A DNA stretch of 63,522 nucleotides, filler included, from Octopus bimaculoides (GCF_001194135.2; 5 parts of 5 records of this genome joined end to end with filler, not necessarily neighbours in it), one strand, 5' to 3'. Shown: positions 36,473 to 48,690, numbered from the whole stretch's first letter. Numbers and translations: made by a program. The notes: generated from the letters alone by a model not told the origin.

Positions 36473-39211
36473 TTTCTTTCTTTTTTTTTTGTGTCTAAAA
36501 GAAATTAAAGATAAAATAAGTAAATTAAGGTTGTATCAAATAGCTTAGAAAAGAGAAACTGATATTTTAGCTATAATTTAACATTGATTGTCTATATAGT
36601 TACTTTAAATACACCTCTTTTAAAGTTGAGTATAATAATTATTGTGCATACTGCCAAGATATTTTATGGGATTTTGTAACATTCATGCTTATATAGAATA
36701 CAAATTAAACTGAGGTGTAGAGAAGGATTTAGGGAGTATGGCTACACTATTACAACACTATATAAAAAAAACATTGATAATGTTGAAATGAGACAAACAT
36801 AAGTGAAATTAATTTCTTTTTTAAACCGGTGATTGCTTAATTTGATTTACCAAAGAAATTAAANNNNNNNNNNNNNNNNNNNNNNNNNNNNNNNNNNNNN
36901 NNAAAAAACATTGATAATGTTGAAATGAGACAAACATAAGTGAAATTAATTTCTTTTTTAAACCGGTGATTGCTTAATTTGATTTACCAAAGAAATTAAA
37001 AATAATTAACATTCACAAAAATAATTAACATTTGATTAACCTTTGCTAAAATAAGTAGATGCCTATTCAGTGCTGACTCCAAAAGTAGTGACAGGGCAAG
37101 TAAGGTATTCATTGTCTTTCCCTATATACTTATTTCAAATATCATTTTCACTGTAAACCACCATTGATAACACAAAAAATTAATGCTTCCAATACTATCT
37201 GTTAATATTATTAATACTACTACAGTTGCACAGATTTCTGCCTGTTGTATTCTTTGCACAAAAGTTCAACACATTTGTGATCATATCTTTGTAGTCATAT
37301 TATCTTCCTGTCTTCCTTTCAATTTTAAGCAAAGGTATATATATATATATACAGCAGAATGCATTATATTAAGATGCATACATGTATACAATATGTAAAA
37401 TAAATTTATATATAAACAATAAAATTCACATAAAGAAGGAACTTATGTCTTTTTATATAGGAAAATGGTATTATTTTTGAAAATATACATATATACAGTG
37501 TATATTTGCTTGTTTATGTATTACAAAAATATTTTATTTTTTATTGGCTGAAAAAGATATATATCCAATATTATACATCTCAACATTACTACCACTCATG
37601 ATAAGGCCTTATAGTATGTAGTAAATAAAATGAATCTAAAGCTTCATTATCAAACCAGAAGATGGAAGAGCTACTGCTAATGAAAACTGATTTGAAAGCA
37701 CAAAAGAAAAAAATTATTTGCAATAAGAAAAGCCACAACAAATCTAAGAGTCCTAATGAGTTCATTCATTACAAGCAGATAATAAATGTTTCTATTTGAA
37801 TAATACAGAAATATGTACAAAAATGTGTATTGGAGTATATGCTTTGCCACCTTCTAGAATATCTTCTCTTTAGCCTAACTGTTGAAAGAAAAGTTCTAAC
37901 TTAACATTTTAGCAGGCAATATCTGGCCAAAATATTCTACCTACTTTATGTTCAAACTGGCCATATCTAGCCTCTCACACCTACCCTACAATGTTATTCT
38001 AAAAACAATCACATTTATGTATACATGTAGTGTGTGTGGGAGGTACAATACTGCATATTTCATCCCACAACGTCTACCTCTGAAGAGTGCAGGGTTACCT
38101 AATCGGACTGTTACCTAACATGGCATTGAACCTCTAGTGTGAAACCAATTGGTAAGATCAAACATAATGGACATATATTACTGTACACTTCAATTAATAC
38201 ATCCACTATACTGACAGTTATACAAGCACATTTTTTAAGTTTTAGTACTTATTCTATTGGTATTTTTGCTGAACTGTTATGTTATGGGGACATAAACACA
38301 CCAACACTGGTTGTCAAGCAATGATGGTGGGGGGAGGGACAAACACAGACATATATATACATGTATATACAATACATGTATACACACACACACACACACA
38401 TACATGTATACACAGTTTCTGTCTATGAAATCCACTCACAAGGCTTTGGTCAGCCCAACATTATAGTAGAAGAAACTTACCCAAGGTACCATGCAATGGG
38501 ACTGAGCCTAGAACCATGTGGTTGGGAAGCAAGCTTCTTACCACATAACCATACCTGCACCTATATATATATATATATANNNNNNNNNNNNNNNNNNNNN
38601 NNNNNNNNNNNNNNNNNNNNNNNNNNNNNNNNNNNNNNNNNNNNNNNNNNNNNNNNNNNNNNNNNNNNNNNNNNNNNNNNNNNNNNNNNNNNNNNNNNNN
38701 NNNNNNNNNNNNNNNNNNNNNNNNNNNNNNNNNNNNNNNNNNNNNNNNNNNNNNNNNNNNNNNNNNNNNNNNNNNNNNNNNNNNNNNNNNNNNNNNNNNN
38801 NNNNNNNNNNNNNNNNNNNNNNNNNNNNNNNNNNNNNNNNNNNNNNNNNNNNNNNNNNNNNNNNNNNNNNNNNNNNNNNNNNNNNNNNNNNNNNNNNNNN
38901 NNNNNNNNNNNNNNNNNNNNNNNNNNNNNNNNNNNNNNNNNNNNNNNNNNNNNNNNNNNNNNNNNNNNNNNNNNNNNNNNNNNNNNNNNNNNNNNNNNNN
39001 NNNNNNNNNNNNNNNNNNNNNNNNNNNNNNNNNNNNNNNNNNNNNNNNNNNNNNNNNNNNNNNNNNNNNNNNNNNNNNNNNNNNNNNNNNNNNNNNNNNN
39101 NNNNNNNNNNNNNNNNNNNNNNNNNNNNNNNNNNNNNNNNNNNNNNNNNNNNNNNNNNNNNNNNNNNNNNNNNNNNNNNNNNNNNNNNNNNNNNNNNNNN
39201 NNNNNNNNNNN

Positions 39212-39424
39212 AGAAGAGATATAAGCTTCTGCTTATTCCTGTCTGAAGTATCGTCCGATGAATTTACTTTGTTGACACATCGACAGAATTTTTATACCTT
39301 TCAACCTTTCAATCAAGTCCGCCTTTCTTCCAGTAACATACTGTCCATATAATCTTAAATATTTCTTTAACTCAGGCACAGTAAGTACTTTGATAGCTGA
39401 ATTATCAAGCTGCTTTATATCCAT
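39212..39424 (-). pseudogene. SAP-domain ORF start, probably the accessory (YqaJ-type exonuclease) gene of an ISL2EU/PIF-Harbinger-like transposon; runs into a gap
   Basis: Seen: LTVPELKKYLRLYGQYVTGRKADLIERLKG matches the SAP motif; an alternative frame continues VNSSDDTSDRNKQKLIS. Upstream ACTTCCGG motif. The transposon assignment is inference. Confidence 0.5.
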
Positions 39425-39651
39425 GATAAGACGTAAAACAATAACAATGGCGTGGGTTAGCCTCCGGAAGTTTAATTATCTACATGGAGTGCCGCCTAGC
39501 CAAGGGAGATAACCTACTTATAGGAAAGCCCTATAGAAAAGACAGTAGTACTCAACTGAATTTGAACTTAAACTCTGAATTCTTCAGCCACGGCAATGCC
39601 CACAGCTTCAACAGAGTCTATATCAGCTTGTTTTTTATTTCATTTATATAA

Positions 39652-39684
<33 letters not shown>

Positions 39685-39688
<4 letters not shown>

Positions 39689-40557
39689 TCATCATCGTTT
39701 AATGTCCGTTTTCCATGCTGACATGGGTTGGACGGTTCAACTGGGGTCTGGGAAGCCAGGAGGCTGCACCAGGCTCCAGTCTGATCTGGCAGTGTTCCTA
39801 CAGCTGGATGCCATTCCTAACACCAACCACTTTGTGAGTGTAGTGGGTGCTTTCTACGTGCCACCGGCACAGGTATTACAGCTACAATTTCCCTTTGATT
39901 TTCATTTTGGTGTTGAAGTACTTGACTCAATAGGTCTCCTCAAGCACAGCAGGTCACCCTACGATCCAAGGTACTTTTGAATGGACTGAGGCTGGTTATG
40001 TGAAACTGGTGTAGGATACAGCCGTGAACTCACTTTATTTACCCGGTCTTCACAGTCACAGCATATCTCCAGAGGTCTCGGTCTTTCGGCATTGCCTCTG
40101 TGAGGCCCAACGTTCGAAGGTCATGCTTGACCACCTCATTCCATGTCTTCCTGGGTCTACCTCTACACCAGATTCCTTCAACTGTTTGGGAGTGGAACTT
40201 CTTCGCACAGCTCTCCTCACCCATCCATAGTACATGACCATACCAACGCAAATGTCTCTCTTGCACGCCACATCCGATGCTTCTTATGTCCAACATTTCT
40301 CTCAGGGTGCTTACACTCTGTCGTGTGTGCACACTGACATTACACAACCAGCGGATCATGCTAGCTTCATTTCTTTCAAGCCTATGCATGTCCTCAGCAG
40401 TCATGGCCCATGTTTCACTGCCATGAAGCATGGCAGTTTGCACACGTGCATCGTACAATTTACCTTTCACTCTGAGCAAGAGGCCCTTTGTCACCAGTAG
40501 GGGTAGAAGCTTTCTAAACTTTGCCCAGGCTATTCTTATCCTAGTGGTCACAATCTT
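39685..40557 (-). mobile_element. 5'-truncated RTE LINE (ORF C-terminus + 3' UTR + (GAT)n tail)
   Basis: Seen: RIRIAWAKFRKLLPLLVTKG..MLHGSETWAMTAEDMHRLERNE..HLRWYGHVL..RGRPRKTW..DLWRYAV (ORF 40039..40611). Confidence 0.9.
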
Positions 40558-40571
40558 ATATATATATATAT

Positions 40572-41180
40572 ATCTGTATTTTACTCGTTTCAGCCATGCA
40601 GCCATGATCATGCTGGAGCACCACCATGATCTTTGTGACTTCCTCAGTCTGGGTGTTTCACATCACCACTCCTGTATGTGACTTTGTCCCAGCTGTTGGT
40701 ACATTTATAAGGGAGTTTGATTTCACTGCCCTCGTCTGTACCTCATGTCGGGCCGTTGGTTGATGTGGAGAGGAGGATGTCTAGTTCCTTTTTGAAAACA
40801 TCTACTTCCACTTCATGCAAATTTCTTAATTTTTGTGGCATGGCATTGAAGAGTTGTGGGCCTTTGAACCCTGGACTATTACAGTACCTGGTCCTGAATT
40901 TAGTTGGAGTGGATGGTACCTTTGGTACAATACAATGGTGACCAGTTCTGGCATTTGTATAACACTTAATGCCTAAGTTAGGTAATAGCCTCTCTAGGAT
41001 TTTCCGTATGTATTCTATTGTATATCTCTCACACCTTCACTCCAGCGAGTAATGCTGTAGTTTTTCAGCCTATCCCTGTAGCTCATCCGCTTAACTGTTT
41101 CAATCTTTTTAGTGTAGTGACGTTGGACTGCTTCAAGGTCCGCAGTTAGTTTGGCACTATGTGGTGACCACAACTGGTAT
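40572..41180 (-). mobile_element. CR1-clade LINE 3' fragment
   Basis: Seen: YQLWSPHSAKLTADLEAVQRHYTKKI..MSYRDRLK / YSLERR..GPQLFNAMP..FKKELD; tail ggtggtgctccagcatg..ggctgaaacgagtaaaa. Known: WSP..LExVQR..SYxERL..SLERR is CR1/L2-type. Confidence 0.8.
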
Positions 41181-41795
41181 AGTTGGTTGGTCACCAATTA
41201 ATGTAGTCAGTACAAGGTGTTGATGTGGCTTATATATGTTATTACAAGAGTTCGTAAAGAGATGAAAGAATAAATTTAAGATCTATATATTTACTACATA
41301 AAAATATATTTTATTTACTGGTCGATGATGATACATAGAATCGAAATGTAGAATCCAATTGAATGAAATAATCTATTCAAGAAAGTCCAGAGAAAGAAAA
41401 TGTAGAAATAACAGCTAAGTGGTGGTTTTCAGTCATGCAGCATAGAGAAATAGACAGACATAACAATGACATCAATGGCTCTAAGTCTAATTGACTAAGA
41501 AATGAAGAACCGGGTTAGCAAGCTGTTTTTATTAATGGAATGCTAGACATTCTAGAAACTGCTAAAAGAAACACCAAGCTTCTTGAATAATTAAGAATCA
41601 CATCTCATGACATTGATGCTTTGAGAAGCTTAGAGAAGGGAGGTTATTTTATGATCTTTCTTGCAAGGGAGATCATTCAACTGTTTAGCTACCTGCACCA
41701 TGACACGCCCACCAGGCAGAGGTAATGGTATACAATAATGAAAATAACAAAAATGTATACATCATGAAATCTCAAAACAGAAACAATATCACAGT

Positions 41796-43245
41796 TCAAA
41801 TGTAATAAATGTTTGTTAAATTCTTGGGCCAGTGCACATGTCTACTGCTTTTGGTAGTCAGTATTTGTGAAGTTGAGTGTAAAGGACATGTTTGTAATGC
41901 TGTGTGTGTGCTGTCTGTAGTGGGGGTGGAAATAGTTTTTTCAATGTGAGCCCATTTTAGTCTATCAACAGAAATAGTGTCTTTATGACCATTAAGGTCT
42001 AAGATGAAAACTCTATCTGTACAAGAAAGCACACGAAAGGGCCCTGCATACGGTGCTGTTAAAGGATGTTTAACGGCGTTGTTGAGAACAGAAACATGAG
42101 TCCAGGAAGAATAGTCCTTAGATAAATATTTTAATGTCTTGTTTTCTGGTGTTCATATGTGGTAACTTTGACATATAATCACGCAAGCATTCAACAAAAC
42201 TTGTAGTGTCGATATCTTGCGTGTTTACAGGAACAATCATCTGACCAGAGAGCATCAAGGAAGAACCATAAAGTAATTCTGCAGGAGAATATCCAATATC
42301 TTCTTTGATAGAAGAGCAGAGACTCAAGAGAACAACAGGAAGAAATTCAATCCATTGAGATGAATCAGCAGAAGCACACAATGGAACTTTAAGCTGTCAG
42401 TGAAATCTTTTGATCATACCGTTCGAAGCTGAGTGGTAACTAGTGGAATGGGTGTGTTTACTTCCTAAAATCTTGATAAGCACCTGGAAAAGCTTAGCTT
42501 CAAATTGACGGCTGTGGTCTGTTATTTTTACAGGTGTTCCGAAATGAGAGATCCATCCTGTGACTAAAGCTTGTGCCACAGTTACAGAAGAGATGTCTGT
42601 GAGTGGAATGACTTCTGGCCAGTGAGAAAAACGGTTGATACAGGTTAATAAAAACATTTAGCCCTGACTCGCAGGCCAAAGTCCTACTATATCAACATGT
42701 ATGTGCTGGAATCGTGTATCTGAAGTGGAGAAAGTACCTAACAGTGCACAGATATGTTTATGTATCTTGGATCTTTGACTATCAACACAAGTACAAGTCT
42801 AATTAGCTGTCTTGATGCAAATTCGGCCAAATGAAATAAGCTTCAATGTTGCTGTTATACCAGGATGTGAAATATTGTGTAGTGCTGAGAAAACGATACG
42901 GCAATGCTTTTCAGGAACTAAAGGATGAGGTTTACCAGAATAAATATCGCAAAGGATCTGTTTATTTGATGTCGCAACTGGGAAAAATTGGAGGTCGAAA
43001 GAAATTAGTTCTGGTTGCTGTATATTATTCAAATCAACAGATGGTTGAGCTTCAGACATTTCGTCCAAGTTAATTTCTCCAGTTGAAAATAATGTGTTGA
43101 CAGGTAAATGGGATAAAGAATCTACAAAAATGTTCTCAGAACTTGGAATATATCATATATCACTTGTGAATTGTGAAATGTAATCCAAATGTCAAATGTC
43201 TGTCGGAACAAATTTATCTGGCTTGCAGTGTAAAGTGAAAGATAA
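41796..43245 (-). mobile_element. Ty3/Gypsy pol remnant (end of RNase H, integrase, GPF module)
   Basis: Seen: HLDYISQFTSDI; LHNISHPGITATLKLI; LLTCINRFSHWPEVIPL..WISHFGTP..YHSASNGMIKRFH; WIEFLPVVLL..SPAELLYG; DTISVDRLK. Many frameshifts. Confidence 0.9.
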
Positions 43246-43257
43246 AGGCTTATGATC

Positions 43258-43487
43258 TCTTTTACTCTTTTTACCTGTTTCAGTCATTTGACTGTGGCCA
43301 TGCTGGAGCACCGCCTTTAGTCGAGCAAATCAACCCTAGGACTTATTCTTTGTAAGCCTAGTAATTATTCTATCGATCTCTTTTGCCGAACCGCTAAGTT
43401 ACGGGGACGTAAACACACCAGCATCGGTTGTCAGGAGATGTTGGGAGGACAAACACAGACACAGAAACATATACACACACATACATA
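43258..43487 (-). mobile_element. SINE A/C tail half (young), partner of the head at 44933-45094
   Basis: Seen: cagtcatttgactgtggccatgctggagcaccgcc...ggacaaacacagac then a microsatellite; CpGs retained. Confidence 0.85.
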
Positions 43488-44340
43488 TGTAGTGAAACCT
43501 CTCTCTCGGGCATTCACTCACAAATGATAACGAAGCGGCTAACATCTAGCCTTCGGCTGCCTTGGACCCTTGTGTCCACTACCCTGATTGGTTCTCATTT
43601 GCGCGGCAATCATCACCAGTTCTGCTTCGCGCCAGGGTGCATTCCGTCCAATCGTGGCCTTCTAATAAGGTCACGTGAGAGAGTGATTTCTGCCTGTTTT
43701 CTGGAGCCCCCTGTTCGTCTATAAATAAGCCCGCTCCAACGATACCAGTCGTTGCGATTTCAGACCTCTCACAGGTCTAGTCGCTGACCACATACAGAAC
43801 ACAGCTCCAGCCAGTTTCCAGCGATGACATCATCACCACCAATGTCGTTGACAGCAACACCACAACCAGAGTACACACCAACAACAACAAATGCGGTTTC
43901 ATCTCGACACTGTATGAGTGGATTATTTCCACCACAAAGTTAACAGTCAGAACCAACCTGCGAGAATCTTCCGACCAGATAACCGGTCGCAGCATCGACG
44001 ACATGTGACACCACAGCTCTGCTCTCTTTGTCCACAATTTCCTGCGTATGAACATTCTATCTCTTTGTGTAACTCTTATACGAACTGGTATTTCTCTATC
44101 TCTGTGTTTAAGACTTTTGTAGTCTATGTTACAAACACTCTTTCTATGTTCCTCTCTCTCACACACACACATATTGTACACACACTCTTGCTTGTACGAC
44201 AGTCCGTCATTTCATATTGCTGTATACATACTCTTGTACACAAAAGCCTGACTTATGTATTGTGTTATTTATATTATATGCCGCATGCACGCACACACAG
44301 ACACTACAGTTTCACTATGTTAATAAACTTACTCTCTTTA
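43488..44340 (+). mobile_element. Solo-LTR-like element 1
   Basis: Seen: starts TGTAGTGAAAC, with inverted gtttcacta at 44309-44317; CCAAT boxes at 43587 and 43648, E-box at 43671, TATAAATA at 43720, AATAAA at 44322. No clean TSD; right end uncertain. Confidence 0.55.
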
Positions 44341-44344
44341 TATA

Positions 44345-44732
44345 TATAAGAATTGGATGAGATATGACGGCTCGGCCATCTCTCCCCAGTTCTTATATTA
44401 ATCATTAAAATCCAGAAATACAACAAGAGGGATAACGGTAACAACAGATTAATAATTTATTCTAGGTTGGTGTAGAGCCGTTTCGTTCCTGGGTGAACAG
44501 GTATGCCGCTAGAATACCAAGGAAGTTTCGACCACATGTCGGTATAGAGCTGAGAGAGCACTGGAAGATACGTGTTGTCACGACTACTGCTAGAGAGAGA
44601 AGAGGACGAATGCTATTGCTTTCTCTCCACCTGTTGCATTGCGCATGCGTGCCCGGGTACTTCCGCTGACGGCAAGTCCCTTGTACATGCGCAATGGCAC
44701 TTCCCAAGATGGCGGCCACACGCGCCACTACA
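44345..44732 (-). mobile_element. Solo-LTR-like element 2 with TATA flanks
   Basis: Seen: the minus strand starts TGTAGTGG, has AATAAA, ends ..aattcttata; tata on both sides. Contains NRF1-like (44641), ETS-like (44659) and YY1-like (44705) motifs. Confidence 0.55.
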
Positions 44733-44734
44733 TA

Positions 44735-44909
44735 TATAACGGTTGTCTGTCACTCTCTGTTTCCTTTTACTGGCACTTGGCTCGCATCTCTCACGGCGAG
44801 CCTTCTATGTCCATATATCATGTTTTATGTTCGACCGTGCGACGCGTTAAAAGGAGCCTTTTTCGTCTCGTTGCCATTCTCCTTTGGCTCGCACGGTCGT
44901 TCTTTTACA
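44735..44909 (+). mobile_element. Short (175 bp) LTR/TRIM-like module with an internal 11-bp inverted repeat
   Basis: Seen: tataacgg...ttttaca; cgaccgtgcga (44832-44842) pairs with tcgcacggtcg (44889-44899). Classification is inference. Confidence 0.35.
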
Positions 44910-44932
44910 CACATATATATATACATATATAC

Positions 44933-45094
44933 AACGGGCTTCTTTCAGTTTCTGCCTACCAAATCCACCCACAAGGTTTTGGTCGGCCCGAGGCTATAGT
45001 AGAAGACACTTGCCCAAGGTACCACGCAGTGGGACTGAACCCGGAACCATGTGATTCGTTAGCAAGCTACTTACCACACAGCCACTCCTACGCC
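44933..45094 (-). mobile_element. SINE family A head (young, tRNA-derived)
   Basis: Seen on the minus strand: ggcgtaggagtggctgtgtggtaag..GGTTCAGTCCC..gaaactgaaagaagcccgttg. Similar copies at 52400-52545 (-) and 59270-59429 (+). Confidence 0.88.
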
Positions 45095-45339
45095 TGTTCT
45101 ATAATGTGAAGTTTCTCCCTTCTAAAATGTGTTGGGAGTGTTTAACTGAGAGGTAAATAGCTAACATTTCATGATTGAACGTGCTATATTTAGTATCAGC
45201 TGGTTTTACCTGCTTAGAGAAAAATGCCAGAGGTTACAATTTGCTATAGTGGAGTTGTTGAATGACTGCACCAACGCCAATTTCAAATGCGTTGACTACA
45301 TTTATGGTCAAACTAAAGCATTTGACCCGGTGACAAAAA

Positions 45340-45609
45340 TTTAAAAAATTAGTCCAATAGGTGTAAAACAACTTGCTGGGAAAGAATATGAAGAAAAGAT
45401 GCGCGCTCGCGAACGGGGTAGGGTGGGGAGAGGGCTCGGAACATTCACATCGTGAATGTTCCGAGACGCCTCACGGGAGCCAAGAAACAAAAGAAAAATA
45501 GTGTAATAGATGTAAAACGACTTGCTCTGAACGAATATGAAAAAAAAATGCGCTCTCACGAAAGGCGGGGTGGGGAGAGGACTCGGAACATTCACATCGT
45601 CAGTTCATG
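45340..45609. repeat. 147-bp tandem repeat with a perfect 14-bp hairpin, cut by an assembly join
   Basis: Seen: ctcggaacattcac-atc-gtgaatgttccgag at 45435-45465; the unit restarts at 45582. Confidence 0.8.
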
Positions 45610-46316
45610 NNNNNNNNNNNNNNNNNNNNNNNNNNNNNNNNNNNNNNNNNNNNTTAATTAATTAANNNNNNNNNNNNNNNNNNNNNNNNNNNNNNNNNNN
45701 NNNNNNNNNATATATGGATATATATGTATATACATTTTCTCATACATATATATATGTACATAACATATATATATATGTATGCATGCATGTATATATATAT
45801 ACATGTATACATGTATGCATATATATATGTATATATATATATATATATGTGTGTATATATATATATATATATTGTTTTATGCTGTTTTATGCTGTCATTG
45901 CCATTTACTTCTATTTATTAAGTTGTTGTTATTGTTGTTGTTGTTGTTGTTTGCCTTACACTCTATCGTACCGCTTTGGCTCGTTTGTTATTTTATTTCA
46001 TATTCTCACTTTGTTCTCTACACAATGTCTATGGTCCTCTTGTGGCCAATAAAAGTCGCCGTCATCGTCATCATCATCATCGTCATCACCGTCGTCATCA
46101 TTAGTACCATCATTATTACTATTATTCTTAATAATATTATTATTACGACGTGAGTTATTTGTAACTCGAGCTTAAATCTTTCAGTTTCCATGCACGTATA
46201 CGTACACAGACAAACACAAAAATACACACACATGAATATACATACACACACACACATATATATATACATGTATATATATGTATATATAGCTTTGTTTATA
46301 TAAATATATATCTGTT

Positions 46317-46355
<39 letters not shown>

Positions 46356-47049
46356 NNNNNNNNNNNNNNNNNNNNNNNNNNNNNNNNNNNNNNNNNNNNN
46401 NNNNNNNNNNNNNNNNNNNNNNNNNNNNNNNNNNNNNNNNNNNNNNNNNNNNNNNNNNNNNNNNNNNNNNNNNNNNNNNNNNNNNNNNNNNNNNNNNNNN
46501 NNNNNNNNNNNNNNNNNNNNNNNNNNNNNNNNNNNNNNNNNNNNNNNNNNNNNNNNNNNNNNNNNNNNNNNNNNNNNNNNNNNNNNNNNNNNNNNNNNNN
46601 NNNNNNNNNNNNNNNNNNNNNNNNNNNNNNNNNNNNNNNNNNNNNNNNNNNNNNNNNNNNNNNNNNNNNNNNNNNNNNNNNNNNNNNNNNNNNNNNNNNN
46701 NNNNNNNNNNNNNNNNNNNNNNNNNNNNNNNNNNNNNNNNNNNNNNNNNNNNNNNNNNNNNNNNNNNNNNNNNNNNNNNNNNNNNNNNNNNNNNNNNNNN
46801 NNNNNNNNNNNNNNNNNNNNNNNNNNNNNNNNNNNNNNNNNNNNNNNNNNNNNNNNNNNNNNNNNNNNNNNNNNNNNNNNNNNNNNNNNNNNNNNNNNNN
46901 NNNNNNNNNNNNNNNNNNNNNNNNNNNNNNNNNNNNNNNNNNNNNNNNNNNNNNNNNNNNNNNNNNNNNNNNNNNNNNNNNNNCTTCAAGTTCAGCCCGA
47001 GAACTGAGGTCCTGCTGGGGCACCGCTATTAGCGTTGGTACACCTTCTA

Positions 47050-47128
<79 letters not shown>

Positions 47129-47266
47129 GAAGAAGAGAGGGAGAGAGTGAGAAAGTCTCTAAACATTTTAATTCTATCAATATTAAACATTATCTTCCAT
47201 TTTTATACACATGTAGAAACAGTACGCACCTAAACTCACACACACACATACACATATACATAAGCT

Positions 47267-47303
<37 letters not shown>

Positions 47304-47732
47304 ACACACACGTACACCACTATAATTGTAGTGCCAAGTGTGGGAAAACTAGTAAAGAATGGTTAGATGTAAAATTTCTCAAGTGTTAAGTTCGGTCTTT
47401 GAAAACTAAATAATCTTTCAGGCAGTATTGAAGAGATAAAGCTGTTTGAAATAGCGATGTACCAATTCCTGAGGAATGGCAATAGGAAGAATTAATGAGT
47501 CAAAGAAATAAACAAGTTCACTCTTAAATAGATGTTTCAGTTTATGGGGTTTGTGATTAAGATAAATAGATGTTATACGAAGGGCTCAATCATTCCTTAA
47601 CTCTTGCGTTACACAAACACACACAAACAGACACACACACTCGTATGCATGTTTGTATATATTTACATGAATGCAAAGGCAGGAATATAAAGATATCTAC
47701 ACATACATATGTACATACGCATATATACATAT

Positions 47733-47795
<63 letters not shown>

Positions 47796-48690
47796 NNNNN
47801 NNNNNNNNNNNNNNNNNNNNNNNNNNNNNNNNNNNNNNNNNNNNNNNNNNNNNNNNNNNNNNNNNNNNNNNNNNNNNNNNNNNNNNNNNNNNNNNNNNNN
47901 NNNNNNNNNNNNNNNNNNNNNNNNNNNNNNNNNNNNNNNNNNNNNNNNNNNNNNNNNNNNNNNNNNNNNNNNNNNNNNNNNNNNNNNNNNNNNNNNNNNN
48001 NNNNNNNNNNNNNNNNNNNNNNNNNNNNNNNNNNNNNNNNNNNNNNNNNNNNNNNNNNNNNNNNNNNNNNNNNNNNNNNNNNNNNNNNNNNNNNNNNNNN
48101 NNNNNNNNNNNNNNNNNNNNNNNNNNNNNNNNNNNNNNNNNNNNNNNNNNNNNNNNNNNNNNNNNNNNNNNNNNNNNNNNNNNNNNNNNNNNNNNNNNNN
48201 NNNNNNNNNNNNNNNNNNNNNNNNNNNNNNNNNNNNNNNNNNNNNNNNNNNNNNNNNNNNNNNNNNNNNNNNNNNATATATATATATATATATATATACA
48301 TATAAATATATGTACACACACGCGAGTGCTATCACATATACATACATATTTCTGTATATATCTCTATATATTTAACTAGACAAGTTGGTGTATGTATATG
48401 TATATAAGGGGATGTACGTACGTAATATTCTAACTATCCAATTATCACGAGTCAAGTCAATCCTTGTATTTTGTCTGTATGATATATATTGTACCTACCT
48501 GTAGCTATTATTTATTGAGTTATACATACATTAATTTCAATCTCTTAATCTTATGTTCTCTATATATCTGTACTCAACTATGTATATGAATGTGTGCGTG
48601 TGCAATGTGTGTATGTGTATGTGTCTGTATAGATATTAATATAGATAGATATGCAATAATGTGTGTGTATATATATATATATATATATGC

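Noticed and set aside
36765-37000. About 97-bp direct repeat flanking a short gap (also 27861-27958)
   Set aside because: Exact duplication on both sides of an N run indicates an unmerged contig overlap, not biology.
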